Below are positions 38,473 through 49,395 of a DNA stretch of 64,000 nucleotides, in pieces. This stretch comes from an uncultured delta proteobacterium. Lineage in GTDB: Bacteria > Desulfobacterota > BSN033 > UBA1163. How positions within the stretch are numbered: position 1 is the first letter of the stretch; each line of letters begins with the position of its first letter. The translations under genes and the position numbers were made by a program. The notes under the pieces were generated by a model that made no database searches, was not told where the DNA came from, and was given only the letters and a program-made list of their open reading frames with translations. Location of the stretch: contig CAWHBU010000004.1 in the NCBI GenBank assembly GCA_963827685.1, positions 256,001-320,000 on the forward strand. Direction: 5' to 3'.

Positions 38473-39533
38473 TAAAAAGGCCATGTCTTCCAGTAGCGTT
38501 TGTTTCGAATCCAGAATCCAAATATTCCTAAGGGCTCAAAGAGAACAATCAAAATCATGATCAATCCATAAACAATGACAGCCACATTAGAAATCCCGGC
38601 GATGCTCATATATTTCTGTGAAAAGGTGACCAACGCAGGTCCAATGGCTGGGATATCCTGAATGACCTGAAGTTTGATGTCGAGAAAAGTCATGAGGGCA
38701 GCTCCGGCAATAGAGCCCATGACGGATCCCAGGCCACCCACGACGACCATGGCCAGGAAGGTAATCGACATGATGAGATGAAAACTCTCAGGATTGATGA
38801 ATCCAAGGATAAAAGCGTAGAGTCCCCCTGCAACTCCTGTATAAAAGGCACTCACCGCAAAAGCCAGGGTCTTGTAATAGGTGAGGTTGACTCCCATCGC
38901 TTCCGCAGCGATATCGCTATCCCGAATCGCGATGAAGGCCCGTCCCACCCTTGTCTTGATCAACTTGACTGCTCCTATTGTCATCAGAACGGCGATGATC
39001 ATGATCACGTAATAATAATGCATATCCTTCATTGGAGTTCCAAAAAGATAGAGTTTTGGGGCTTGAAGTCCCATCCTTCCTCCAAAGAATTCCATATGCT
39101 TGATAATGGTGGTGATCGTCATACCGAAACCAAGAGTTGCGATAGCGAGATAAGGACCCTTGAGACGAAGGGCTGGAAGTCCCAAAATAAATCCGAAGGC
39201 GGAGGAAACAAACCCTGCAATGGGAAGGGCAATCCAAAGAGGGAAGCTCCACCTCAAGATGAGGATGACGGTTGTGAAGGCTCCCAGAGCAAAGAATCCG
39301 GCATGGCCCATCGATATCTGGCCGGTATACCCCACGAGGATATTCAAACCGATGGCAACAATGGCATTGATGGTGATGAGATTAACAATATAAAGGGACA
39401 TCCCCAAAAGGTGATATTTTGTCACGAGCCAGGGCAAGATTCCTAAAAAGATGAGAAATAAGATGGACCAAACGAGGATGGTATTGCTTTTAAAAAGTTC
39501 AATATCTTCGTAATAACTACGCTTGATATCCAT
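38472..39533 (-). CDS. livM: branched-chain ABC transporter permease
   Basis: GYTGQIS.GHAGF, GPYLAIATL, GRAFIAIRD, GGLGS. Confidence 0.9.
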   Translation of the reverse strand: MDIKRSYYEDIELFKSNTILVWSILFLIFLGILPWLVTKYHLLGMSLYIVNLITINAIVAIGLNILVGYTGQISMGHAGFFALGAFTTVILILRWSFPLWIALPIAGFVSSAFGFILGLPALRLKGPYLAIATLGFGMTITTIIKHMEFFGGRMGLQAPKLYLFGTPMKDMHYYYVIMIIAVLMTIGAVKLIKTRVGRAFIAIRDSDIAAEAMGVNLTYYKTLAFAVSAFYTGVAGGLYAFILGFINPESFHLIMSITFLAMVVVGGLGSVMGSIAGAALMTFLDIKLQVIQDIPAIGPALVTFSQKYMSIAGISNVAVIVYGLIMILIVLFEPLGIFGFWIRNKRYWKTWPF

Positions 39534-39737
39534 CGAAGATTATCTTCCTTGGGCTTTCACTCTCTGAAAGACCACTGATCGGATCGAAAAATTCTTTGAA
39601 ACGCAGGATGAAAAGGAACCACATGCTAAAATCATAAGGTACATTTTGTCAACCCCCTTTTTAAGATATCCTTTAAACAAAGTCAATGGGTTCCGTTCAT
39701 TGCGGCGTGAATAATGTCCTCATTTGAGATGGGTGCC

Positions 39738-41243
39738 CTAATCCTCGAATCGAAGAGTGCGCTTGAGGATCTTGCCGGTATGGCTCTTGGGTAGCTCCTT
39801 CGCCAACTGAATTCTTCTCGGGTATTTATAGGGTGCAACTCGTTCTTTGACGAACTGTTTCAACTCTTCCGGTGTGGCGCAAGCTCCCTGGCGAAGCACG
39901 ACAATTGCGGCCACCTCTTCCCCCAAATCGAGATGGGGAACTCCCACCACTGCAGCTTCAACGACGTCTGGATGGGTGTAAAGAATCTCCTCAATTTCCC
40001 GCGGGTACACGTTATACCCTCCCCGGATGATCATTTCCTTCTTTCGATCCACGATGTAGATGTATCCATCCTTATCCATCCGGGCGAGGTCGCCTGTATG
40101 TAACCAGCCTTCGCGGACAGTTTCGGCAGTGGCCTCGGGTTGGTTGAGGTATCCTTTCATGACGCCGGGTCCGTGGATAATCAGCTCTCCCACCGTTCCT
40201 GGGGGGACGTCTTCATCCTGATCATTCACAATCCGTGCCTCAAATCCAGGGATGGGAAAGCCGATGGATCCAGGTCGTGTTTGGCGACCGAAGGGGTTCT
40301 CCACACACACTGGAGAGCACTCAGTAAGCCCGTATCCTTCGTAGATGGTGGTATGGAAGCGATCCTCGAATCGGCGAAGCACCTCCACTGGAAGAGAGGC
40401 GCCGCCTGAGACACAAAACCGAAGGCCGGATCGCTTCGGTGGACTAACATCGGCTAACTCCGACAATCGGTTGAAAATGGTGGGCACCGCGATCAGGATC
40501 GAACGCTCTTCCTCCTCGATGGCGGAAAACAGCTCCTCAACATTGAAGGTGGACCACAATCGGATGGTCAAACCCAGATAGATAGAAGCGTTGAGTACGC
40601 TCGTCTGGCCAAAAATGTGGTAAAAAGGCAGGACGCCGAAAACCACATCATTGGGTCCAGTGGATCGCATGTTGGCGACGGTCATGGCATTGTTAGCCAG
40701 GTTGTAGTGAGTGAGCATGGCTCCTTTGGGATGACCTGTGGTGCCGCTGGTGTAGACGATGGCCCAGGTGTCGTCATCCCGGGTTGGGTATGGACGAAAT
40801 GTCCCTTCCTGAACGAAGAGTTCCTCCAGAAGGATGAATCCCTCGCCATACGCTACGCCTTGGGCGATGCGCAGATCCATCTTTGGGAGATGTTCCATGA
40901 CTTGGCGAGGGTGTTCCAAATAATCCTTGTGGCCGATGAAGGCCCGTGCGCCGGAGTCCTTAAAAATATGATCGAGTTCTCCCGTTCGATAGAGAAAGTT
41001 TACCGGCACGACCACCGCTCCCACCTTCGCTAAGGCATAGTAAACGATGACCCACTCTATGGAGTTTGGCATCATCAATACGCAGACATCTCCGGGGTGG
41101 AGTCCTGCACGGACGAGTCCATGGGATAGGCGATCCACTTGGCTGTTTAATTCTTCGTAATTGACTGTTCGTTCCAGGAAACGAATGGCTGGATGTTCAG
41201 GCTTCCGCGCAGCGCTCGCAATGAGAAGGTTAGAAATATTCAC
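39738..41243 (-). CDS. acyl-CoA ligase (AMP-binding)
   Basis: YTSGTTGHPKG, GYGLTE, GGYNVYPREIEE, TGKILK. Confidence 0.92.
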   Translation of the reverse strand: MNISNLLIASAARKPEHPAIRFLERTVNYEELNSQVDRLSHGLVRAGLHPGDVCVLMMPNSIEWVIVYYALAKVGAVVVPVNFLYRTGELDHIFKDSGARAFIGHKDYLEHPRQVMEHLPKMDLRIAQGVAYGEGFILLEELFVQEGTFRPYPTRDDDTWAIVYTSGTTGHPKGAMLTHYNLANNAMTVANMRSTGPNDVVFGVLPFYHIFGQTSVLNASIYLGLTIRLWSTFNVEELFSAIEEEERSILIAVPTIFNRLSELADVSPPKRSGLRFCVSGGASLPVEVLRRFEDRFHTTIYEGYGLTECSPVCVENPFGRQTRPGSIGFPIPGFEARIVNDQDEDVPPGTVGELIIHGPGVMKGYLNQPEATAETVREGWLHTGDLARMDKDGYIYIVDRKKEMIIRGGYNVYPREIEEILYTHPDVVEAAVVGVPHLDLGEEVAAIVVLRQGACATPEELKQFVKERVAPYKYPRRIQLAKELPKSHTGKILKRTLRFED

Positions 41244-41402
41244 GACCTTACCTTAACCTCCCTTTCTTATGCCCTCCTGCCAGACCTATGGCAGCCGATC
41301 CCGTCTCTTAATCCATAACCCTCTGCAAGGGATAGGACTTCAGGCAGGAAGAGGACGAGGTGGGTTTCCTGCGGTGAAATGCCCGCAGTTTCATGGGCTG
41401 GA

Positions 41403-42182
41403 TCAGACAGCGAGCTGTCCCCCATCCACTGGGAGAACAATACCCGTGACATACCTGGAAGCTTCCGAGGCCAGGTAAACCACAGCTCCCTTGAGTTCCT
41501 CTGGCTCACCGAATCTGCCCATGGGGACAAGGCTGAGGATTTTCTTTCCGTGGTGGTCTAAAACCCAATGGGTCATGTCGGTGGGAAACCAGCCTGGAGC
41601 AATCGCGTTGACGCGGATGTTGTATTTGGCCCATTTGGCAGCCAGGTCTTTGGTAAAGGTAATCAGTGCTCCTTTGCTGGCGCTGTAGGCAATAGCATCC
41701 GCCGTATCCGATTCCATTCCAATGACTCCCATGACCGAAGCAATGTTAATGATACTCCCGCTTTTCTGTCGGATCATCACTCGTCCAGCAATTTGGGAGA
41801 AGAGAAAAGCGCCGGTCAGATTGGTGCCCATGACTTTTTCCCAACCTTCCAGAGAGTAATCTTCAGGGGTTCCGCCCCAGGTGACTCCAGAGTTGTTGAC
41901 CAAAATATTCAATCGTCCGAATTCCTCCAAAGCCTTGTCTACCACACTCTGGATACTCGCCGGGGATCTCACATCGCAAGCCATGGCTAAAGTTTTTACT
42001 CTCAATTTCGCTAGGTCCTGTGCTGCCTTCTGGCAATTTTCCACCTTCCGCGAGCAGAGTACGATATTCGCTCCAACCTCGGCTAAACCCTCGGCCATCT
42101 TTAAACCGATACCTCTTCCTCCGCCTGTAACGATCGCTACTTTACCGTTCAAATCGAACATCTCCCTGACATTCATGTTCAC
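41403..42182 (-). CDS. SDR family oxidoreductase
   Basis: TGGGRGIG, NNSG, YSASK. Confidence 0.92.
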   Translation of the reverse strand: MNMNVREMFDLNGKVAIVTGGGRGIGLKMAEGLAEVGANIVLCSRKVENCQKAAQDLAKLRVKTLAMACDVRSPASIQSVVDKALEEFGRLNILVNNSGVTWGGTPEDYSLEGWEKVMGTNLTGAFLFSQIAGRVMIRQKSGSIINIASVMGVIGMESDTADAIAYSASKGALITFTKDLAAKWAKYNIRVNAIAPGWFPTDMTHWVLDHHGKKILSLVPMGRFGEPEELKGAVVYLASEASRYVTGIVLPVDGGQLAV

Positions 42183-42239
42183 ACCTCAATTTATATATAT
42201 TAATGATAGAAACTCGCTTCTCTGTGTGTTGACCGGCAA

Positions 42240-42301
42240 GTGCCCCGCAAGCCCCGCCTTGCAGGCGGGGTCCCTGCCTACCGGCAGGCAGGAAGGGGCA
42301 C
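42240..42301. repeat. nested palindromes (ccccgccttgcaggcgggg + cctgcctaccggcaggcagg)
   Basis: IS200/REP-like hairpins inside gtgcccc/ggggcac. Confidence 0.6.
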
Positions 42302-42482
42302 AATCAAAAAGATGTTTCCTTCCCGGGAAGCCCCAACCTGTGGCCGGGAGCTTCAATATAAGAAAAAAGGGAGTTGTGTGTCAAGCAACAAGTCCACAGT
42401 CCACAAGAGGTGGGGTGCTTTCTCAAGCCATCCCGGGGAGTCAAGATGGGTGACCCCCCTAAAGCTTTAAACGTTTTGAAAT

Positions 42483-42517
42483 AAAAAGGCAGGGCCATTG
42501 CTGACCCTGCCTTTTTT
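42483..42517 (-). terminator. intrinsic terminator after the lipase gene (possibly bidirectional)
   Basis: aaaaaggcagg...cctgccttttttt. Confidence 0.75.
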
Positions 42518-42558
42518 CGTTCGAAGATGCTCCAATTGGAAGTGTTTATCGCCGCATC

Positions 42559-43977
42559 TTACCACCAGTACGGGGCCCCACCACCGCAAGGGATATCTTC
42601 CCGCTGGAGGAAGTCATTAAATTGAATTGTTATCCTGTCAGTCGTAGATGCCCAGTTGGGGACGTTTAGTACCTGCATTTTACCCTCGCCGCCTCGCGGC
42701 ATAAGCACAAGTCGTATTCTCCCATCCGGAGGATTAGCCCCAGGAATATAAAGATCAACCCCAGTTAGGAAAGTAAGCGCTGCGAAAAAAGGGATCGGTT
42801 GGGTAAGGTTGCTTACGCCGTCCTTGCCCTTATCGTAAACAAAGACCGAGTTTATCAACGAGCTAAGGGGGCATATGGCCGCGTTAACTATGTTAACACC
42901 GTTGATCGCAAGAATGTCATTGTTGACCCCTTGATCACCCCATAACTCCCTGTACCGTGTAATCACCAGGTTGCTTTGGTGGTCGCTCTTATCCGTATAA
43001 TAGTCAAGCCCGGTGGGCCCGGGTGGAGCATCGAGTAAGCGAATCAGGTAATCGCTCCTTATAAAAGGTTCATAATAGAAGTGGTGAGGTGTGAAGTTTT
43101 GAGGCACGATGACAAATTCATAGTAAGCACCGGCCTTGGCCTTAAAAGGCCCCCAGTTTCCATCTTCGCCTATAGCGTAAATTGCCTCAGGCTTCTTATA
43201 AATTCTTGCCCCGGTATCGCCGTTGATTTTATATATCTCTAAAGTTGAGTTTGCCACTCCAACATTTTGTGGGAAGTAGACCGCCCTTCCAGCAAGCCAA
43301 ATGTGTTCACTGAGTTCAGGCCGAATCTCCGTTGTTACAGGGTCATGGCCTGTAAAGAACTTGTACATTTCCAAAAATGACGCAGCACAGGTTGCACATT
43401 CGACATGAGTCACGCCGGGGATTGTGACATTCAACGCGTTCGGCATCGAACGGGGACCCATAGCTAGGAACGCTGGAGGATCCGCCCCGGCCCATAATGC
43501 CAAAGTGGACACTCCTGGATTGTTTGCTTGGCCGTCAATATTCACATAGTGGGCGACCTTTGCAGCACGCGCTGTTGAGCTTATCAGGTATCCATACGAG
43601 ACAAATGTGCCGAGAGAATGCCCCAGAATGTCAACCTGATTGGCGCCGGTCTCCTTCAGAAGGGTGGCAATAAGCTGATCCAGGTTGGCCCAGACCTGAA
43701 GCAGATAAGGGGTCACAGACAGGTTACCAACACTAAATTGAGAAGAGTCGTATTCAAGCACCGCGATGTAGTTTTGGGGGTAGCCGTTGCTTGTAAATCG
43801 CATGGCCTGTGACTCAAATTGGGCTCCTGAACCCGAGCCACCATGAACAAAAATCATGGGCCTAAGAGCCGGGAAGTGCTTTTGATAGTTGGCACTGGCT
43901 GGTGTAGATAAGAAGCAAAGCCCGATCAAAATGAGAACCAACAATGTGACAAATGAACAGTGTGATAATTTCTTCAT
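42559..43977 (-). CDS. secreted lipase, Archaeoglobus AFL-like alpha/beta hydrolase with C-terminal domain
   Basis: Signal peptide; FVHGGSGSGAQFESQAMRF.SNGYP, GHSLG, NIDG, THVE. Confidence 0.8.
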   Translation of the reverse strand: MKKLSHCSFVTLLVLILIGLCFLSTPASANYQKHFPALRPMIFVHGGSGSGAQFESQAMRFTSNGYPQNYIAVLEYDSSQFSVGNLSVTPYLLQVWANLDQLIATLLKETGANQVDILGHSLGTFVSYGYLISSTARAAKVAHYVNIDGQANNPGVSTLALWAGADPPAFLAMGPRSMPNALNVTIPGVTHVECATCAASFLEMYKFFTGHDPVTTEIRPELSEHIWLAGRAVYFPQNVGVANSTLEIYKINGDTGARIYKKPEAIYAIGEDGNWGPFKAKAGAYYEFVIVPQNFTPHHFYYEPFIRSDYLIRLLDAPPGPTGLDYYTDKSDHQSNLVITRYRELWGDQGVNNDILAINGVNIVNAAICPLSSLINSVFVYDKGKDGVSNLTQPIPFFAALTFLTGVDLYIPGANPPDGRIRLVLMPRGGEGKMQVLNVPNWASTTDRITIQFNDFLQREDIPCGGGAPYWW

Positions 43978-44275
43978 TGTCCTCCTCCTTGTTCTCAAAA
44001 AAGTGAATTGGCGCTCTTTGTTTCCTCATTTTCCTGAGCCTGGATTCTTAGCGCCCCCGACAGAGCTCACTTATCCTGTCGGGGGCGGCTTAGGCAACAT
44101 CTGATGGGCTTCTCCATAGGGGGATGGCAACAGCAGAGAATATCTCCCCGGAGACAAAAAGTTCTCCTGAAGTATTCATGAAGGAATTTGCTTTGGTAGC
44201 TCTTTCTCATCATTCGTTCCAAGGGGTTCGGAGTTAATCGGTTATTTTTTAACCGCGCCCGGGCCTTCCGCGGTT

Positions 44276-45943
44276 CTAAGATGAATCCCATTTCTTTGTG
44301 ATCTCCTCTTCCCGCAGGATCTTCCGCAGAACTTTTCCGATTGCCGATTTTGGAAGCGAAGACCGAAATTCTACCAGCTTCGGGACTTTGTAGGCAGCCA
44401 ACTTCTCCCGACAGAAGGCGATGATTTCCTCCGCCGTGGCTGTCTCCCCTGGCTTCAAGACGATGAACGCTTTGACTGTTTCACCGCGGTACTTGTCCGC
44501 GATGCCTACTGCAACTCCTTCCTGCACTTTGGGATGCTGAAAAAGTACCTCATCGATCTCCCGGGGGTAGATGTTGAATCCTCCGGCGATGATCATGTCC
44601 TTCTTGCGGTCCACGATGAAGAAATAGTCGTCTTCATCCTGGACGGCAATATCCCCGGTGTAGAGCCATCCCTCTCTTAGCTGTCCGGCCGTTTCCTCGG
44701 GGTTGTTCCAGTACCCCTGCATGATCATGGGGCCTTTCATGATGATCTCCCCTGGCTCGCCCTGCTTCACATCCGTTACCCCATCCTTGACGCTGACGAG
44801 GCGCACATCATTGTCCGGTATGGGAACCCCGATGCTGCCCACTTTATGACCCAGAATAGGATTGGAAATCCCCAGGGCTGTGGACTCGGACAAGCCATAT
44901 CCCTCACCGAAAAAGATCCCCGTATCTCTAACCTGCTCGATAAGCTCCAGGGGCATTGACGCGCCTCCAGAACTCAACATGCCCAGTTTTCGGCCAAGGT
45001 CAAGTTCTGCGGCCTTAGGATGATTAATGACCGCGCTGATCATCGTGGGTACAGAAGGGAAAAAGGTGATCTCTCTGAAGTTGGCCAGGAGCCCAATGAA
45101 TTCATCAATCTGGAACCGGGGAACTATAATTTGAGTGGCGCAGCTGAAGAGTGCCCAGTTCATCACCACAATGTTTCCGTAGATATGGAAGTAGGGTAGG
45201 ACCGCGATGACATTGCGTCTTTCGTAGGGAGTTAGGATAATTGAAGGATTTCCCCATAGAGCGCATCGAAAGGTTGCTGCAATCACATTGGCATGCGTGA
45301 GGAGGGCCCCTTTGGGAATGCCAGTGGTGCCGCCAGTAAACTGGATCAGAGCTGGATCTTCCGGATTCACTTGGACACGGGGGCGCTTCATTTCCGTGCA
45401 GCCCTCCAGAATCTCAGAGAAATGATACCAGCCCTCCTCTAACCCCAGACTAGCCGCGGTGGACTGACCCTGTCCTTTTATATAATCCGTGACTTTGGTA
45501 ACCACCACCCGGGAAATAAGAACCTCTTTGTACAGGACTCGGATAGCGGGAAGCCCCGTGTCAAAGGTGATCAGGGTTGTCAGGCCCGTGACGTTAGCCA
45601 TCAGTTTAAGCTCTTCAGCTGTGTACATGGGATTGAGGTTCACGATGATTGCTCCGAGCGATAAAACCGCATAATAAGCAATCAGGTATTGAGGACAGTT
45701 CGGGAGATGGATACCAACCCGTTCCCCTTTTTGAACACCCAGGGCTCCCAGAGCGTTGGCCATGCGCAGGATCTGCTGGCGCAACTCCCAGAAAGTCATC
45801 TCTGTCCCGTAAAAAGTTAGGGCCGCCTTGTCCGGGTAGGCGTTAGCGGGTATTTGGATAAGTTCATGGATCGGAAAGCGTGGCACGCGGACAGTCGTCG
45901 GTACGTTGTAATCATAATGTCTGTGCCAAGGTTTTGTTTCCAA
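44276..45943 (-). CDS. long-chain fatty acid--CoA ligase (FadD-like)
   Basis: QFTGGTTGIPKG, GYGLSE, GGFNIYPRE, GKVLRK. Confidence 0.92.
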   Translation of the reverse strand: METKPWHRHYDYNVPTTVRVPRFPIHELIQIPANAYPDKAALTFYGTEMTFWELRQQILRMANALGALGVQKGERVGIHLPNCPQYLIAYYAVLSLGAIIVNLNPMYTAEELKLMANVTGLTTLITFDTGLPAIRVLYKEVLISRVVVTKVTDYIKGQGQSTAASLGLEEGWYHFSEILEGCTEMKRPRVQVNPEDPALIQFTGGTTGIPKGALLTHANVIAATFRCALWGNPSIILTPYERRNVIAVLPYFHIYGNIVVMNWALFSCATQIIVPRFQIDEFIGLLANFREITFFPSVPTMISAVINHPKAAELDLGRKLGMLSSGGASMPLELIEQVRDTGIFFGEGYGLSESTALGISNPILGHKVGSIGVPIPDNDVRLVSVKDGVTDVKQGEPGEIIMKGPMIMQGYWNNPEETAGQLREGWLYTGDIAVQDEDDYFFIVDRKKDMIIAGGFNIYPREIDEVLFQHPKVQEGVAVGIADKYRGETVKAFIVLKPGETATAEEIIAFCREKLAAYKVPKLVEFRSSLPKSAIGKVLRKILREEEITKKWDSS

Positions 45944-46128
45944 CTTATATTACCTCCTATTCCATTCTCCCGTTCCTTCCTTTTTTGGCACTATTACTTA
46001 ATTTTATGGCCAGGGTCAAATCCCCGGTCATCCGTGAATCAGTACTTATTCTGATGCAGGAATATATTGGTGGGGGTCACCCATTTTAACGCACCTATCA
46101 AGAGAAAAAAGTACTCCGTTTTTTACCG

Positions 46129-46485
46129 TCACCAACCGCCATAGATATTCATTAATCCTTTGGCAATTCTCTCGCCGGCCTCATTGCTACCGAGCAGACT
46201 GTACGCGGTTCGGGGACACCTGTATCTCTTATAGAGTGCCCGGATACAATCCGAAAACTTCCCTTCCCGATCCCCTGATACCGTAATCACTCCCTGTGAG
46301 ATATCTTCAATCTGCTTATCCAAGGTGCTCTCCATCAGGAGACCCTCTTTCATCTGCCGATTCTCTATCTTCTCGTAAGAGATCTTTACCCCATATTTTT
46401 GCGCAAGGTTTTTTAGAACCCTTTCCTTAATTTCCTCTAAAGCATCCCCCGGAAAATATCGCAGCTTTACCAAATATTCAGTCAT
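46129..46485 (-). CDS. hypothetical protein (copy 1)
   Basis: Near-identical to 54697-55053. Confidence 0.75.
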   Translation of the reverse strand: MTEYLVKLRYFPGDALEEIKERVLKNLAQKYGVKISYEKIENRQMKEGLLMESTLDKQIEDISQGVITVSGDREGKFSDCIRALYKRYRCPRTAYSLLGSNEAGERIAKGLMNIYGGW

Positions 46486-46500
46486 GGCTCCATCTCCTTA

Positions 46501-46670
46501 CTGCAATTCAGACACTGGACTTAAGACTTTTGACACCAGACTTCTCTTTTTCGTGAAAGCGCAAGTCGTGAGTCGTTAAGGGTTACACCTTGCGCCTCAC
46601 GACTGACGCCTTGCGATAAGAAGTTCAGTCTGATGTCTGAAGTCTATGGTCTAATGTCTGAATCACAGTC
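46501..46670. repeat. nested 7-nt-periodic inverted-repeat element flanked by TCTCCTTA direct repeats
   Basis: Absent from the duplicate junction at 55054-55065. Confidence 0.8.
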
Positions 46671-46676
46671 CTCTCC

Positions 46677-47531
46677 TTAACCTGGCAAGTATTCCTGATA
46701 TTTCTTGGATCTACTTTTTCTCTCCCCTTTCGTCCGCAGAAAATAGTCTTTGGACGGCGCAATATGATAGGTAAAATGATTGTACGACACCTCCGGCCGA
46801 AACCGATTGTCCGCCAAAGCTTTCTTCTCAAATGTCACGCGGATCTTCCCACCTGCCATACTCAGCTTTCCCCGGACCCCACACGTGGGACACTCAACGG
46901 TTTCTCGATCTTTTAATATCCGCACAAGCCAATCATGACAGGAAGGACAAACGCCCTCTTCCCCCTTATAGGCTAGATCCTTTTCCCCGATGGCGACGGC
47001 GATTTCTTTTCCCATACGATAGGCCAAATCCATCGCCTCCTGATCCAGCACGACTTCGGATATCCCCTGAGTACAAATGGCGGCCTCGTTGATTTTGGTC
47101 AAGCCCATTACATTCAGGAGGATGTTGGATTGAACAGAAATATAGGGAATCCACCCGCGCGTAGCATAGGGAACGATGACGGTCGCCGGCTTTTTGATTT
47201 TGCCAATCTGATGGCCCAGAATCCAGCACCGGTCGATCAGTTGCTTGATCACGGCGGTCAATTCCAGGAAATAACAAGGCGATCCCAGAATCACCCCGTC
47301 GCACTCATTCACTTTGGAAAAGATGAAGCTCACATCATCGTCTTTTACTTGACAGACATTTTCCCGAAATAGGCAGAGCCCACATCCTCGACAGGGACTG
47401 ATTTCATAATCTGTCAGCCGGAGAATTTCTACTTGTGCGCCCTCTGATTCAGCCCCCATCAGGGCTTGTTTCAAAAGAATTTCCGTGTTCCCGTTCTTCC
47501 GAAAACTCCCATTCAACGCCAACACCTTCAT
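46677..47531 (-). CDS. flavodoxin family / iron-sulfur flavoprotein with C-terminal Zn-ribbon
   Basis: GSFRKNGNT, CRGCGLC...C, GSPCY, CPSC...CPTC. Confidence 0.85.
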   Translation of the reverse strand: MKVLALNGSFRKNGNTEILLKQALMGAESEGAQVEILRLTDYEISPCRGCGLCLFRENVCQVKDDDVSFIFSKVNECDGVILGSPCYFLELTAVIKQLIDRCWILGHQIGKIKKPATVIVPYATRGWIPYISVQSNILLNVMGLTKINEAAICTQGISEVVLDQEAMDLAYRMGKEIAVAIGEKDLAYKGEEGVCPSCHDWLVRILKDRETVECPTCGVRGKLSMAGGKIRVTFEKKALADNRFRPEVSYNHFTYHIAPSKDYFLRTKGERKSRSKKYQEYLPG

Positions 47532-47565
47532 AGGAAAGGCCTCCTTTCTTGGGTTCCCAATATGA

Positions 47566-49389
47566 TTACTCCTGGTACATCGATTCGATCAAATCCGCAT
47601 AATGAGCGTTAATGAATTTCCGCTTTACCTTCATGGTCGGTGTCACTTCCCCATCCTCGGTATAAAGCTTCTTGTCGAGAATTCTAAATTTTCTGATGTT
47701 CTCCACCCGGGCCAACTGTTTATTTACCTTATTGACCTCGGCCTGGACTAGATTTATGATCTCTGGCGATTTGGTCAGAGTCGCAAAAGTGGTGTACTGG
47801 ACCTTATTCTGCTGAGCATATTTGCTCACATTTTCCTCATCGATAACGATGATTGCAGTCAGATACTTCCGGCCATCGCCGATCACGACCGCATCATTAA
47901 TATAAGGGGAAAATTTTAACAGGTTTTCTATATATTGGGGAGCGATATTCTTGCCTCCTGCGGTGATGATCAGGTCTTTTTTTCTGCCCGTGATCTTTAA
48001 ATAGCCCTCCTCATCGATCTCCCCGACATCCCCGGTATGAAGCCAGCCATCAACGAGGGCTTCTCTGGTACTCTCTTCATCCCGGTAATAGCCTTTGAAT
48101 AGTCCCTTGCTCCTAAAAAGGATCTCCCCATCTTCGGCAATCTTAACTTCCATTTCCGGCAGCGCTTTGCCGACCGTTCCCACTTTAAAAGAAGATTCAT
48201 CAGAAGTGTGGGTGGTTCCCGTAGTTTCCGTCATGCCAAATCCTTCCCGGATGGGAACGCCAATGCTTTGGAAGAATTTCAAGATATTATGAGAGATCGG
48301 AGCGGCTGCGGAATTTCCGAGTCGAGTTCTGTCCAGGCCCAGCCTCTCTTTGAGCTTCCAGAAAACTGCGAAGTCGGCCAAGAGATAACCGAGGCGTAAC
48401 GACAACGGGCAGGTTTTTCCGGATAATTTCTTCTCATTGTACGCAGCCCCTACGGTTAGGGCCATTTTATAAACTTTCCTCTTCAACCAGGTGGCATCCT
48501 CCATCTTCAGGACGATGCCGGAGTAAATCTTTTCCCAAATTCGAGGGACAGCGTGAAAGAATGTTGGGGAAACATCCCTCAGATCTTTCATGATCGTATC
48601 CGGACTCTCTGTAAAATTAACGATATGTCCCACGGTCAAATGCACCATGAGAGCGAATACCTGTTCATAGACGTGGCAAAGAGGAAGAAAGGAGATCGTT
48701 TCGTCCCTTTCCGTAAAGTTTCCTGTGTTGCAAGTCTGTTTGCCGACCCATAGGTAGCCTTCATGAGAAAGCATGGCCCCTTTCGGAGGTCCGGTTGTTC
48801 CCGAAGTGTAAACAATTCCCGCAATATCTTCCCCTTTTCCCTGAGCAATCAGCTGATCGAAGAGAGTTGGATTTTCTTTATCAAGTTTCTTGCCCAGATC
48901 CAAAAGTTCGTCAAAACTCATGAGCATAGGGTCCTGGAAATGCTTAAGGCCTTCCATATCCCAAACGATCAATTTTTTCAATTGCGGGGTATTGTCTCTG
49001 AAGGCCAGAGCCTTATCCAGCTGTTCTTCGTCTTCACAGATATAAACCTTTGACCCCGAATGGCCCACTACATATTGACACTCCGGAGCGGGATTCGTTG
49101 TATAGACCCCGACAAACGCCGCTCCCGCGGCCATGCTCCCCAGCGCCGAATACAGCCATTGTGGCTGGTTTTCTCCAATGATGGCCACATGGTCGCCTTT
49201 CCTCACTCCGAGCGCATGCAGACCCAAGGCAACACACCTGACTTTTTCCAGGTATACGGACCAGGGGATATCCTCCCAGATACCGAATTCCTTTTTCCTC
49301 AGGGCAACGCGCTGAGGAAATTTTTTCGCTACATCCACTAAGGCTTCAGGCAGTGTATCCACAGCCATCCTCTTGCCCCTGATATCCAA
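47566..49389 (-). CDS. long-chain fatty acid--CoA ligase (AMP-binding)
   Basis: YTSGTTGPPKG, GFGMTE, TPTMKVKR; paralog of 32363-34174. Confidence 0.92.
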   Translation of the reverse strand: MDIRGKRMAVDTLPEALVDVAKKFPQRVALRKKEFGIWEDIPWSVYLEKVRCVALGLHALGVRKGDHVAIIGENQPQWLYSALGSMAAGAAFVGVYTTNPAPECQYVVGHSGSKVYICEDEEQLDKALAFRDNTPQLKKLIVWDMEGLKHFQDPMLMSFDELLDLGKKLDKENPTLFDQLIAQGKGEDIAGIVYTSGTTGPPKGAMLSHEGYLWVGKQTCNTGNFTERDETISFLPLCHVYEQVFALMVHLTVGHIVNFTESPDTIMKDLRDVSPTFFHAVPRIWEKIYSGIVLKMEDATWLKRKVYKMALTVGAAYNEKKLSGKTCPLSLRLGYLLADFAVFWKLKERLGLDRTRLGNSAAAPISHNILKFFQSIGVPIREGFGMTETTGTTHTSDESSFKVGTVGKALPEMEVKIAEDGEILFRSKGLFKGYYRDEESTREALVDGWLHTGDVGEIDEEGYLKITGRKKDLIITAGGKNIAPQYIENLLKFSPYINDAVVIGDGRKYLTAIIVIDEENVSKYAQQNKVQYTTFATLTKSPEIINLVQAEVNKVNKQLARVENIRKFRILDKKLYTEDGEVTPTMKVKRKFINAHYADLIESMYQE

Positions 49390-49395
49390 AGTTTT

